From Eledone cirrhosa (taxonomy: Eukaryota), in the NCBI GenBank assembly GCA_964016885.1, contig OZ024752.1:15810001-15874000 (forward strand): 64,000 nt of DNA, in the 5' to 3' direction. Positions 1 through 13,332 of this stretch are shown here, one piece after another (position 1 is the first letter of the stretch; every line of letters starts with the position of its first letter). Under the pieces are notes generated by a model. It ran no database searches, was not told where the DNA came from, and saw nothing but the letters and a program-made list of their open reading frames with translations. The position numbers were made by a program, and so were the translations under genes.

Positions 1-129
1 GCGCCCTGTATGTTATCATAATAATAAGGACAACACCTGCTTTGTAATTTCAATATCGAATACATTCATTCTTAAAAATACATACGAGAACAAAATCTTT
101 ACAACTACAACTCAGCATTGCTCCTCCAG

Positions 130-327
130 TTAGACAGACTCAGACAGACTGTGGAAGCGTTCAATCGGGTTTGTGACCCCATGAGCAGACTGCCTCGCTG
201 TCGCATCAGTCACAACGGAGGAACGTTTTCCCCGGGGCACAGCAAGGGAATCACGTTGGAATAGCCCAAGCGAACAAATATACATCAACACATTTGTTGA
301 GTGTTTTAGAAACAGAAGCCACTTGTC
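130..327 (-). CDS. Candidate terminal coding exon of an unidentified host gene
   Basis: Minus-strand acceptor attttcag|GAC at 328/327; open frame DKWLLFL...RKRSSVV-like basic/Ser tail ending RFHSLSESV* (class I PDZ-binding-like end); non-repetitive and higher GC than the flanks. No homology recognised. Confidence 0.4.
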   Translation of the reverse strand, partial: DKWLLFLKHSTNVLMYICSLGLFQRDSLAVPRGKRSSVVTDATARQSAHGVTNPIERFHSLSESV

Positions 328-1448
328 CTGAAAATCGTACTTTGACATTTTAAACTTAGGGTGGGTGTATTCTTTGGTACACTATCGTTGAATCAAAAAC
401 GAGATTACGCATATATAGAAGAGTTTTGTTGAGTATGAGTTGGTATCATTTGGTGTGGTTCGCCTGATGTATATGATATATCAGTGATCAGTTCCAGGCT
501 TCACCACGAGGAGGTCAACAGATCTGAGAATCATATGGATCGGGTCCAGTATATATCTGTTCATGTTAACGTTTAGAGCGGGTCTCTTTATCGGAATAAT
601 CATTGAGGGATCGATTACAGAAACATTATCTGAACATTGGTCTGATGTGTTTTATTTTCCCAAAGGTACCATAATCACTGTTATCTGTTTTACGTTTCGT
701 TTTACTATATAAACCAACATCCTGGACTTATATCTTAGTCTCTCTCCATCTCCCTCCCTTTCCGTCTATCTCACTTAGCTAATTGTTGATATTTGCCTTC
801 ATTATTTAACCATAAATATAATTTTTATAAGAAGCATAGTAAACACAACTCACACAAATTCACTGTTAAACACTTATTTGTAAAACCAGTATGAGGTGGA
901 TCGGTTTATTTGCATGGGTTGCTGCTGGAGAAGGCCCTCTTCAGTCATGGCGGACCATGGGTTCGTACGTAGAAAGTTCCTCTCTGAGTCACAAGAGTTT
1001 GTGGAAGACCAGTAATTACCTTTATGCCTGAGTGTTACTTCTACACGCCACTGCAGGGAAAGGCAAATGCCGATACAGCATGGCACCAGTGACGTCGCAA
1101 CTCACCTTTTACATCTGAATAAACTTGAGCTATAGGGAATAAAATATCTTGCTCATGGTCACAATGCATCACTCAGTCAGGGATCGAACTCCAAAGATAA
1201 CGATTGAGAGAGCAACATTGTAACCTGTAAGCCAAGTCAGCTTTAATGACACCAATAAAGGAATCTATAATCAGTCACTGAATTAAGAGGTATTCGATAG
1301 TGTGCGCCGAAACCTTATTTGTTACTCTCCGAGAAGAATTTCTAGCTTGTTGAATTCTGCGATAATTGAGTGTATGTTGCCACTGCTATGATAAATCACG
1401 AGATTTCCAGGTGAGATCGTACATAACCCTAACCATTACTTTGCCATA

Positions 1449-1565
1449 CTGAGTTCAAATCCCGCCGAGGTTAACGTTGCCTTTCATCCTTAAGGGGTCG
1501 ATAAAATAAAGTACCAGTAATGTACTGGGTAATTGCTGGCCTTGTGCTAAAAGTAGAAACAATTA
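1449..1565 (+). mobile_element. tRNA-derived SINE family A, 5'-truncated
   Basis: B-box GAGTTCAAATCC followed by the core gttaac.ttgcctttcatcctta.ggggtcgataaaataaagtaccagt that recurs throughout the window. Confidence 0.85.
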
Positions 1566-1829
1566 CTTTATAAGAGATCATTATCTTGTTTTCATCTCCT
1601 TTTCGTGTTGAAACGTTAGCTTACGATGTGAACGAACATTAAAATGTATTAAAACTGTTTCACATAAACCGCGAAGAGAGAGGATTTCAATAGAGATAAC
1701 CAAACAGCTGTATACTCACTCACACACACACACGCACACACGCACACACACATACATACACACATACACACACACCCACATACACATACACACATACACA
1801 TATACACACACACACACATGTTTGTATGT

Positions 1830-1872
<43 letters not shown>

Positions 1873-2080
1873 AGCACTCAGTCGTAGGGACGAGCGATGA
1901 TATACAAAATAAACTTAACTTCACATTTTCATCTTTCGAGTACGTGCGTTCGAGTACGCAGCGCATCAGTCCGACGTCTACGAAATGGAAGTTGTTATAT
2001 ATATAAGTTTATCCCGGGTTCAATCGGGGGTAACCACAGTAAGTAAGGTACTCAATACATGGCAGAGTATAAATATTTAA

Positions 2081-2212
2081 TATAGAAATGGCTTCTACAG
2101 GACTAGAACTGTTTCATTAGGAAGAAATTATCAGGAAGCCCTGATGATTTCAGGGCTTCCTGAATGTTACTCCCGAATGAAACTGCTCTAATCCTGCAGA
2201 AGCCTTTTCTCT
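2081..2212. repeat. Imperfect foldback with a degenerate hammerhead in each arm
   Basis: Arms meet at ccctga-tgatt-tcaggg. Left arm on minus reads GGCTTC CTGATAA ... GAAACAG..CTGTA GAAGCC (stems I and III intact, core G8 altered). A third partial copy lies at about 2466-2500. Confidence 0.6.
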
Positions 2213-2220
2213 CTATATAT

Positions 2221-2456
2221 ATATGGAAATCATGTTGTCCGACGCCCTACTGCCAATCCAATGCCCTTTGTCATGTTTAACGATAATGTGTAAATTAATA
2301 CGCACATTTACTCAGTTTCGATAATTGTAAACATACTAGATAAAGGTAATCGAAACTGAGTAAATGTGCGTATTAACTTACACATTATCATTAAAGATGA
2401 CAAAGGGCGTTGGATTGGCAGTATCAGTAGGGCGCCGGACAACATGTTTTCCATAT
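2221..2456. repeat. Foldback element between (TA)n, arms ending in a SINE 5' head
   Basis: Arms 2221-2322 and 2349-2456 are reverse complements; outer parts match the SINE A head ggattggcagtatc..gtagggcg.cggac. Confidence 0.85.
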
Positions 2457-2748
2457 ATATATATAAGGCTTCTGCATTATTAGAGCTGTTTCATTCGGGA
2501 GAAACAATATGCAGATAAATTCACCAATTAATTGTAGTGTCAAAGCCGTATGAAGAGCTCAATGTAATCTGTATGTAGAAGATGTCATGACGCAAAGTTT
2601 AAAATACAAAATTTCAACGATATAATTCCTTGGAAGCAGAGTCAAGATAATACAAATAGTGAAAACATTGAAATTAAACAAAATACGGCTAATTCATGGT
2701 AAAACTCAAATTTTATTATTTTCTTACCTATATATTTTTTAACGAAAC

Positions 2749-2886
2749 TCATTATTTCTGAAGACGGCGAGTAGGGAAGACGTATGTATATTTTCTTACT
2801 TTGATAATTTGTAATATATTTTAAATAGTCCACTAATAGAATGAACATACGGAGAACTACCCCCAGAAACAATCGTAAAATAATGA
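2749..2886 (+). ncRNA. Type I hammerhead ribozyme with greatly extended stem II
   Basis: TCATTATTT-CTGAAGA-(GG.GAGTAG..CGTATGT / ACATACG..CTACCCC)-GAAAC-AATC-GTA-AAATAATGA; 9-bp stem I; sits in a foldback spanning about 2650-2945. Confidence 0.7.
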
Positions 2887-2962
2887 TTTTTTACTATGAA
2901 TTCCCCGTATTTCGTTTAATTTCATTGTTTTCACTATATGTGTATATATATATATATATATA

Positions 2963-3139
2963 TTGGCAGTATCGCTAGAGCGTCAGACACCATGCTTTGC
3001 AGCATAGAGTTATGGCCCTTTCTTTTCTCAGTTTAAATCCGCCGAGGTTAACTTTGCCTTTCATCCTTACGGGGTTGATAAAATAAAGTTCAATTGATGC
3101 AATGTGTTAATCGCTGGCCTTGTGCCAAAAGTAGAAACT
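2963..3139 (+). mobile_element. SINE family A
   Basis: A-box-like tggcagtatcg, degenerate B box and conserved core. Confidence 0.85.
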
Positions 3140-3186
3140 ATATATATATATATATATATATATAGTGAGAGAGAGAAAGAGAGAGA

Positions 3187-3218
<32 letters not shown>

Positions 3219-3507
3219 AATACTGAAACTAAGTCAACGGATATGAAGTAAAAATGTTCGATCGTCTTCCCATTCACTCGATGTTTTAATTAAGTTAGAA
3301 TCTTTGAGAAACAAACCCCAAAAAAAACAGAGTACACACCAATACGTTAAATATTGAGAAGGACGATTTCATGTGGGTAAAAAAAATTAGATTCCTTCTC
3401 TGAGTGGACTAATTAATTAGTTTCCACTACTCCCCCTGCTGGCGACAGTTTATATGGGGCTGGCGTTCATAGAAGATTGGGTAATGCTATTAAACCTTAC
3501 GTAAGAA

Positions 3508-3722
3508 GGCGTGTGGCTGAGTGGTTAGAGAATTGGATTCGCAGTCGTGAGGTTGTGAGTTCGATTCCTGAACCGGGCGATGCGATATATCCCTGAGCAA
3601 GACATTTTATATTACGTGGCTCATTCTACCCGGAGTTGCGACCGATAGATAGTATTATCAATTGGAAAGACCAACAGAAACATTGTTTTCTCGGTCCGAT
3701 TTGACGAAAGTCGATCGACTGT
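3508..3722 (+). mobile_element. tRNA-derived SINE family B
   Basis: A box tggctgagtgg, B box gagttcgattcc; body shared with 11181-11340 and, inverted, with about 28940-29195. Confidence 0.75.
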
Positions 3723-4409
3723 CGATATATATATATATTCTACGTGAGTCCTGCTAGATGTAGAAACCAAATAAAATATCACTGAAATCGCATCCTATGG
3801 GTCGTATATATGAAAACAAGACATTCGATTGCATAGTTTGGGATACAATGTCAGAAGAGACGGATCCCTTTGACCATTGACAATCAGCGCTATCCGGAGA
3901 CAGTCATATTTACCAATAAACCAATATCTCTACATATATCCATTACACTTAAAATATGCTGATTTAAAATGTAACACCTGAATTGTCTAACTGCCTATTG
4001 TTATTGTTGACAGATGTCTCGACTGCCTGCAGATGTTAACAATTCAATTGTACATTTACCATCTGACAGCAAGTGAAAAGTTATCTCTCTAAAGTGTCTA
4101 CTGGAAGTCATTAACCTTTTCCAGCTTCTCAACTGGTGAATAATCTAAAGTAGTAGTAAATAGTGTAAGCGGCAATGCAGCGAACAAGATGTCACACATA
4201 ATCTATATATACATTTCTGCGATTCTATCACAGCATGTAATGAGAGAGGAGAAGATTGACCACTTCATACTATTCACTCTTTAGGTCGGAGAAGGAATTT
4301 TCTGAAAAATATGGTGGAAATAGCAGGTAGGAAAGCTTACTTTCATACTTTCATATTCAAATAATCTTCATCAGCTTCTATGATATAATCACTGGTAGAT
4401 GGATATCTA

Positions 4410-4678
4410 TCTAAAGGCGGGTAAAATTCCCGAGATCCATGGACGAGTTCTCTCCAGCGGTCTCTGTCCCTCATTATCGCTGTCATGTCCTGCGTCTCCA
4501 ACAGACTAGTGTCTGTCCTTAGGGCATCAACATACGTTAACCTTGGTCTTCCACTTCTAGTGTGTCCATGTAGGGGCTCCCACAAGAGCACTGAGTGCAA
4601 TGTCAACTCTGGATGTCGGTGAGCATGTCCAGCTAACCTCAGTCTCCTCTCTGTCACTTTTGAGCTGACTTTTGGATA
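4410..4678 (-). pseudogene. RTE-clade LINE 3' fragment
   Basis: ERRLRLAGH..RH....VLLWEP.HG....GRPRLTYVD.L..DT ... DRDRWR is typical of the RTE ORF C-terminus. Confidence 0.8.
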
Positions 4679-4756
4679 ATTTCAACAAATTCAATTTTCC
4701 TTTATTTAATAATGAATATTAGGAAGGTATAAAAGCTGGGCTAAATTCATAGCATT

Positions 4757-5066
4757 AAATCCCGGCGAGGTTAACTTTGCCTTTATCCTTACGGGGTCGA
4801 TAAAATAAAGTACCAGTAATGCACTGGGGTAATTGCTGACCTTATGCCAAAAGTAAAAATAATTATTTTATTAAATTATTGGGGAATTGACAATATCGGT
4901 AGAGCGTCGGACAGCATGCTTTGCAGCATAGACTTACGGCCCTTTATGGTCTGATTTCAAATCCCACCGAGGTTGACTTTGCCATTCATCCTTATGGGGT
5001 CGATAAAATAAAGCACCAGTAATGCACTGGATAATTGCTGACATTGTGCCAAAAGTAGAAACAATT
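4757..5066 (+). mobile_element. Two tandem SINE family A copies
   Basis: Core sequence present twice (4757-4865 and 4880-5066). Confidence 0.85.
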
Positions 5067-5821
5067 ATATTATTAAATGATTGATGGCTTCTATGAGTAT
5101 AATTATGCCTCTTGTTGTTTTAGGGTCGATAAAACATCTCTGACAGGCAAAAGGCTTTTCCTTACGAACCTAATCCCCTTCTTGATATTATGTCAATAAC
5201 CAGTCGTTTAGTGCGGAACTTCAATGTAGAAGTTAATGAGTAACACAGTTTTAAATCATGGAAAATATTTATTCTCAGGAACTTTTATAAACGATAACTG
5301 AATATAATTCATGAAAATTAGAATCAATCATTGACAGCCAAGTTTTATTTCATTATTTAATTGTGTTATTCCTGATTAGTAGCACGTTCTTTCCTTATAT
5401 TAAACAACTCTACTGTCCGTATTATTAAATAAATGTACACGCTGTATTGTTACTGTTACGTACGTATAAACGCTTTTCGTTTTGTAAACAATGTTCACTA
5501 TAGGAAAGCACAGGGAAAGCTAATCATGGTATGAATAGACGTAACGGTAACTCAATTTATTACGTATCTACAAAAACATGAATAAAAGTTCATTCCTGGC
5601 TTTTTACACAGAATATTCGTTAAAGCAACACAGCAAAAAACTGTGCTGTTTGCACTTCATGAAACCTTGTAAAAACCTGTAATTAGTATCACAATATAGA
5701 TAATTATAGGAAAACTTACTAAATATCTGTATGCGTTTAGCCCACATCATAATGAATAGGCTGATGCAAGGACTGTGCACATACATGCATATATATATAT
5801 ATATATATATGTATATATGTG

Positions 5822-5930
<109 letters not shown>

Positions 5931-5955
5931 AGGTGTATATATATATTTATATATA

Positions 5956-6006
<51 letters not shown>

Positions 6007-6013
6007 TTGTTTA

Positions 6014-6054
<41 letters not shown>

Positions 6055-6055
<1 letters not shown>

Positions 6056-6645
6056 GGTAGCTGCCAACTCGTTTTCGAGTACGGCCACTACTTTATATCG
6101 ATGTAGGAGAACTCCTACCGATGCGCTGAACGAGTGTGACTTTTTAGTCCAGCCAGCGACTTGAAAACTCTGGTACAAACACTGCACTTGTGACAATTAT
6201 TGACACAGTGCTGGGCCCATGGTACCATGTGACGACAAGTGCAGAGAGATCTCCAGATATAAAGCAATGCCTGTGCCGTGAAGCTTTTATAGTGAGAAAA
6301 GGCACTGCACAAATCCAGTCCCACTCTCTTAACCAAGCTGATATTTGCCAAAAAGAAGAACAAGTCAACATCATTGGATACCATCAGGGTTGCAGGTGTT
6401 ATATCAGAGTTTTGCTTCTCCTAGAATTCTGCCTTGACAAAGGCTAAGGGGTCATCTCTCCCGGTGATTTTGGATGGCCATTGTCTCTTAAGAGCTCCTT
6501 TGCTCTTTGACAGGTTTTGTTTTTAGTCCTGCAGGATGTCCAAAGTCACCTTGGTGGGGTTGCCAGTTTAGTGACCAACGACCCGACCATGGGACTGGTT
6601 GTACTGGAATACATGTTACCAGTAGCACCAACTGGTGACCTGACA
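6055..6645 (-). mobile_element. Internally deleted RTE(BovB-like) element: 5' leader plus C-terminal C2H2 finger
   Basis: [22 protein letters not shown] at the 3' end; leader with ctaggagaag motif and tactggtaacatgta.tccagtacaacc head; flanked by (TA)n. Confidence 0.6.
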
Positions 6646-6650
6646 GACAG

Positions 6651-6741
<91 letters not shown>

Positions 6742-6835
6742 TGTATGTATGTATATATAAATATGAATGTATGTATGTATATATAAATATATATGTATGT
6801 ATGTATATATATCTATGTATGAATGTATGTATGTG

Positions 6836-6900
<65 letters not shown>

Positions 6901-7942
6901 GCATACATCTATGATTTTGATGTAACATATTTTTATGGATTGCCATATTTTTTCGCGCACGCGCACTCTCATACACACACACACACACACACACAAAAGA
7001 CATACATATTGCAAACATACAGATATTAAAAGGCGAATGCTTTTTGTGTTCAAACAAAAAAGCACATATGTTATTGATGTATGGATTATGCTGGTATGTA
7101 ATAACGTATTCAAGAACATAACATTTTCAAGTAATTTCTAACCGTCTCACATATGGATGTTTCCAGAAGTATATGTGCATGTACTTGTTGTATTGATAAA
7201 TTCAGAATGCATTTGCTTCTTATGTTTTATTGATAAATACTATGCATTATGTGATTCCCCAAGCATACACGTGCACCGATATGAAGTATGAATTTGCTAA
7301 CTATTGCCATCTGCTATAGCCAATGTGCGCTTCATATCAGAGACAAATCGGTTAGTTACCGATAGAAGAAGTAATACTACTTGTTTTCTTTTTTGACTTA
7401 ACTACCATCATCACTAGGCTATTGTGCTCACCGTGTTTATTAACATACAAGACACTCAATCGTAGACAGGGATGGTTCTGAAATCAATATACAATATTTA
7501 TTTTTTATCTCCCATGTAAATATGGGAAAGTTCTCGTATATTTATTTGTCCAACCGTAGAGACAAGACCTAGTAAAATCTCAGATAATGTTTTGACATTA
7601 TCAAACAAATCTGATCAGATTGCTCTGTTTACCGCAGCCACACGTTTATTTATTTAGAATATTTCGTTGCTGTTATTAGTGTTGTAGATTTACTGCTGTT
7701 TCTGGGATTGTAGTTGTGATTGTTGAATCTTTACATGTGAATTTTTACTATTATTTGTTGATATTATTTTTATTATTATTTCACATGTTAATATCAGTTT
7801 CGAACAGTTAATGGTGTGTTTTTAATTATAGATGTGATTTTCTATCGTTCATGTTTGGATATTTCTAATCTCCAATACATTTAACACATATTGTTTTGCT
7901 TAACCAGTTTCACAACTCTAGATACGATTATATCACTATCCT

Positions 7943-8007
<65 letters not shown>

Positions 8008-8301
8008 AACTCTGTCTTACTCTTTCTAATTTACCCTTCCTATCTCCCTATATCGCTCTCAAAAACACACACACACTCTCTTTCTCTTTTCTTTTCACCA
8101 TCTCTATCTCTCTCTCACTCTCACTCCCTCTTTTCCATTTTTACTTTCACTATCTTGCTCTCTCACTCTCACTCGCTCTGTCACACACACACAATCTCTC
8201 TCTTTCTCTCTCCCTCCTTCACTTACTCTGTATCTCCCAGGTATTTACATCAGTATATATATAGATATATATAGATATATAAATATATATATATGTGTGT
8301 G

Positions 8302-8461
<160 letters not shown>

Positions 8462-8859
8462 ATTGATGAAGGCGAAATCCGAAATCTAGGGACTATTTAG
8501 TCCCTTCCAAGGCAACTCTATCTCATGTTATAATTTTTTTCACTTTGCCTTTCATCCTTACGGGGTCGATAAAATAAAGTACAAGTAATGCACTGCGTAA
8601 TTGCTGGCCTTGTGCCTAAAGTAGAAACATATATATATATGAACATTTTCGCTCTATATGGCTGAATACAATAAATTTAATCTAAGTTTTTCTAATATTA
8701 ATAGTAACATTCGATTCGTTTTCAGTTTTGTTCACATGCTAATACAAGAGCAAGAATGAAAGTTCATTCTACTGGCATAATTGCAAACGAATCGAATGTT
8801 TTTATTAATATTCGAAAAACTCAGGTTACATTTATATATATATATATATGTGTATATAT

Positions 8860-9885
8860 GAGAAAGACCCACTTAAAAATAAAGGTGGTAGAAAAGCCAG
8901 GAACCACCATAAAATCCCTGATCAGCAAAACCTACCCTTTTAAGAAAACCCATTGTACCAATAAGAAATGTATCATATGTAAGGTGAACCCCCGGATAAA
9001 CTGTAAAACTAGAAACGTAGTCTATAGCATAAGATGTACAGAGGGTACTTGCAGAAACATGACAACAACATACATAGGTGAGACAGCTCGTAGCATAGGT
9101 GAAAGGATAGACCAACACTGGGGGAACTAAAAGGACGAAAAAACGGGTCAGTACTATACGAACATGCTAGACAACAACATGACGGTAACATAGACAACAT
9201 AGAAATTAGAATAATATCTAAACATAGGAATGACCCAGCAGATAGGCAAATCAGAGAGGCCAGTGAAATAGAAATTAGGAGACCAAAGCTAAACAGAAAG
9301 AATGAGTGGAACAACAACAACACCCAAACAAACAACACTGACCTAAGAGAAGTATAAATAAGTAAATAAATAAAATAAAATAAAATAAGATAAATAAATA
9401 CATACACAAGCACAATAACAACAAGCACATAAACACACACTAGTCACCCAGCAGACACAACACTATACACACTAGTCACACAGCACACATAACACTATAC
9501 ACACACGCAAACGCATGCGCAAAGAAGACAAAATAAAATAAACAAACAAGCAAATAAATAAATAAATATATAGACAGACTGAATAAAAAAAATGGCGTAG
9601 ACATACAACACAACAGGAGGAAAAAATATAACACCACTGACGATGTTGCAGATGTGCAACGAAAGATTTATGTAAATTATGTAAACTATATATATGTGTT
9701 TGTGTCTATATTGTGTCTGTATTATTTTTGACCGTCGGTCAGTCAATGGCAACATTGAGGACCGAGTAAGTTAGATCGCAGATATAAAAGACAGCGAGAA
9801 GCGAAAACCAACCAAACAGTGAGTGTGTTCTGTTATTAATTCTGGCAATATTACGCAAATATGACCCTCCCCAAGTATAACAATA
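8860..9885 (+). mobile_element. 5'-truncated Penelope-like element (Nematis-like): GIY-YIG endonuclease and 3' UTR
   Basis: C..C..C zinc linker, VVYSIRC...YIGETARS..ER..H, RQIREA, LNRKNEW; nearly identical to 62676-63700; one-base loss in a G run near 9120; (TA)n on both sides. Confidence 0.9.
9626..9680 (+). ncRNA. Type I hammerhead ribozyme in PLE 3' UTR
   Basis: CA-CTGACGA-T-GTTGCA gatg TGCAAC-GAAA-GATT-TA-TG; 6-bp stem II, short proximal stem I. Confidence 0.75.
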
Positions 9886-10056
9886 TATGTATATATGTAT
9901 ATATATATATATATTTATATATGTATATATATATATATGTGTATATATATATGTATATGTATGTATATATATATATATATGTATATAAATATATATGTAT
10001 ATATATATATATATATATATGATAAAGAACACAAGAGCGTCTACAACATCGAAAGG

Positions 10057-10117
10057 TTTTTATTGGCTTACAATGTTTCTTCCTTACGTAACCGTAGGAT
10101 TCTTCAGAGGTATAAAA
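10057..10117 (-). ncRNA. Type I hammerhead ribozyme
   Basis: Minus strand: ttttatacCT-CTGAAGA-ATCCTACG gtta CGTAAGGAA-GAAAC-ATT-GTA-AGccaataaaa, in a roughly 190-bp insert between (TA)n tracts. Confidence 0.65.
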
Positions 10118-10230
10118 GGGGTTTGATTGGTGTTATGGACTCTACCAACCAAACATTCAAGAACAAAGAGTAAAGAGAGTAAAGAGCAAAAGCAGGGGAC
10201 GATAAGTCTAATTTTGTATATATATATGTG

Positions 10231-10310
<80 letters not shown>

Positions 10311-10578
10311 AAATTAAGATAAATTAAATGAATTCAATCTAAATCGAAATTGTGGGTGTCATTCCTTAACGGAATGCACCATATCGCCCGGAAAATAAGC
10401 TCAAGGACTTTGTAGATGCGAGCATTTTATAATAACTAGGAATTGATCAACATTTATATAAATAAATATAAACATGAACAATCACAGGAGATAATTTTTA
10501 CAAGCGTGTAACCACGCATGGCTAGTAGGTAACAAATAAATAAAGTTAACTAGAACTTCAAAAATAGATACCTTTTAA

Positions 10579-10805
10579 TAGGAAAGAGCGTAAAAAATAA
10601 AAATAATAACACGAAATACAGTTACATTGGGAGAGATTTAATTGTCCCTATATTTCGGATTCCAATCCATCAACTGATGACTCCCCCCCCCCCCCCGGAA
10701 AACCGCCCAGTTGATGGATACGAATCCGAAATATAGGGACAATTAAATCTCTCCCAAGGTAACTCTATCTCGTGTTATTATTTTTATTTTTTACGCTCTT
10801 TCCTA
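10579..10805. repeat. Foldback element with degenerate hammerhead-like core
   Basis: Arms 10579-10677 and 10709-10805 are reverse complements; TTGATG..GGAT..ATCC-GAAA-TA-TA-GGG; related solo copy at about 8462-8540. Confidence 0.75.
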
Positions 10806-11180
10806 CGTTCCTCTACACACTATACATATCATTCTACATTTCCTTGCATCTCTCTCTTCACCACCGGATTCTGTTACCCGGAGATTTACCCATCTGCATT
10901 GTTGATGTATTATTCCACAATGTATTATTCCACAATGCTTCAAGCAAACTTCAATACTCTCATATATATATATATGTTAAATGTGGGGGAGCAAAAATCA
11001 GATCCAATGATATATATGTGTGTGTGTGTCTCTGTGTGTGTGTGTGTTAAATGTGGGGGAGGAAAAATTAGATCCAAATTAGATTCTTTTGGTCCTACAT
11101 GTGTTATCAAAGCAAGCTGAAAAGTTAGGTAAATCTTTGATACGGCTGTGTATGCTGAACACACTGAGTATGCTGAACAG

Positions 11181-11340
11181 TCGATACCTGGACCGGGCGA
11201 TGCGTTATATCTTTGAGCAAGACACTTTATTTCACGCTGCTCCTTCAACCTGGAGTTGCGACCGATAGCTAGTATTAGCAACTGGAAGGACTAACGGAAA
11301 CATTGTTTCCTCGGTCCGATTTGATTAAAGTCGATCGACA
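11181..11340 (+). mobile_element. SINE family B, 5'-truncated
   Basis: Aligns by eye to 3563-3720. Confidence 0.7.
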
Positions 11341-11356
11341 AATTATATATATATAT

Positions 11357-11530
11357 GCCCGTCTCCCCAATCTTTCTAAACCTTCTTTAATTTCTCATTC
11401 TATCTCTTGGTGAAGGACTAGCGTCCGAAACGTTAAGATTCTTTTGCTATTATATCAAACGTAAAACTTATAATATATTTCTTCATTGTACTGTGTCTTT
11501 TGCTTTATTATTTCTGTTTGCCTTTTTTGT
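11357..11530 (+). mobile_element. PLE-type 3' remnant with mutated hammerhead (11403-11440)
   Basis: TTGGTGA-A-GGAC tagc GTCC-GAAA-CG-TT-AAGA; homolog of 33240-33400. Confidence 0.6.
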
Positions 11531-12054
11531 ATATATATATATATATATATAAAGAAAACGTCCTATAGTAGTCAAATGCAGGAATTATCTCTAAACACTT
11601 AGTTTTTTTAAATAATATTGTACTAGTTCACCACATTTCGTCAATATTGCTATAAATAGTTGAAAATCCAGTAGTGAGAAAAAAAACTGGGTGTAAGAAT
11701 CATAACATTTTTGTAAAGTACCAAAAGGACGTTACAATCATTCGCTTTTCTTCATTAAAACTAGGAACAAATTACAATTGATAAATAGAAAACTTCCCAA
11801 CGGCCAAGTCTTCTTTTCGAAAATAAAACAAAAAGCGTTTTTGCCCCCAAAACGAGAAAACATATTACGAATACGGGATTTACAACTGACGTCCGTTAGT
11901 TGGTAGTATACATATTTCATTGTCAGTCGATTCAGTTGAAAATTATTGATATTATTTTCAAACTAACTAAATCCTTTCTATCACTTTCTGGTAATTAAAG
12001 TCTCGTTCTATCATTTTAAATTATTTCTTAATTATAATGTATCTGCCTGCTATT

Positions 12055-12395
12055 TGTACCGTGTAACCCAGTACAACCTACTTCATGGTCGGCGAATAAA
12101 CCGACTGCCACACCAGACCCTACTCTGGAGGAGAAGGTAAGTGGCAGCACAACAGTACAAGAGCTGTTAAAGGGCGGACGATATCTTCAGTCAACTATGG
12201 CTTAAATAGCCTCAGTAACCCCCAATTGGCCAAGCATGGGGATTATGGCTATACCGTTGAAGACGACAAAACTAAAATCGGTGGAGGTCAACCAGGGTGG
12301 GGAGGTTCCTCCACAAGAGTGGGACTACGCTGGATTAGATTAGATGATAACAGAAGTGTAAGATAATGAATATAAAACGGGGTTAAACTAACTTC
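12055..12395 (+). mobile_element. Non-autonomous RTE-related repeat
   Basis: Homologous to 13700-13925; starts with the gtaacccagtacaacc leader motif. Confidence 0.55.
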
Positions 12396-13332
12396 CTAGA
12401 ACATTTCTTTTTGCAATTTAAGAAGGAGTTATTTTCGCACATCCACAATATCTGATGTTGGGGTTTTCAAATATTGCATTGAAACCAAAAAAAAAAAAAT
12501 GGATATTGTATTCTTTTAAGACTGGTTTCGCAGTCAGAACCACACCGAGAACAAGAAGATAATTCTCCTTATAGTTAACCATGTTTTATCACAGATCTAG
12601 TAAGTCTTCAGATGTAAAACGGTGACACTTTTCCTCGTATCTACTCATGTGTCCATCACATTTGAAATGTAATCCATTACTATTTGAAAATGAATTATCT
12701 TTTCCTTCGAAAATCTGAAGCTTCTGTGGTTTATATTTCGATTTATTAAGACATCAACTGTCACATCAATGCAAAGGAATTAGAAATATTCGATTGGAAT
12801 AAGAACGAAACCTTTATATACGAAATATAAAATGTACTGCTGCTTCGTTTCCCTTAACCATAATAATATTCTGGTTAAAAACAATAATTTTTTTTGAGAT
12901 TTCCAAACTTGTATTTGCACACGAAATTAGATAATTTCAATTCAAGAATTCTGTATAATCTTTACTCAATTGAAATATGTCAAATACAGACAAGAACCAT
13001 CGTACCAAGGTTAGCATTCGCCGTCTTTTACTTACTACTGAGCAGCGAGTATAAATGCAAAATGGTGGAAGAACGTAGAAAGTAGATTTCTTCAAGGAGA
13101 TACGAAAATACGGACATAAGCACAGACAGGAAAGGAACTCAAGGGAACCATTTTATGAGAGTCAAAGATCAACATCTAGTTCAAACACATTAAAGAAGGT
13201 TTCCAGACAATAGAGAATTTTAACGCAGATGGAATTGAAATGAAATACAAACTCATAGATAGGAAATGTTCTAAATGTGATTCATTCATGTACTTAAAGG
13301 AAATTTTCTTTATGAGCTCTCATAGAAATAAT

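Noticed and set aside
1930-1975. CTGATGC...GAAA on the minus strand
   Set aside because: Core mismatch and no stem I or cleavage triplet
4349-4410. Possible 62-nt phase 1-to-0 exon (RYPSTSDYIIEADEDYLNMK) that would bridge the candidate exons
   Set aside because: The acceptor lies in the RTE 3' end and the adjacent sequence looks repeat-derived; not supportable without transcripts
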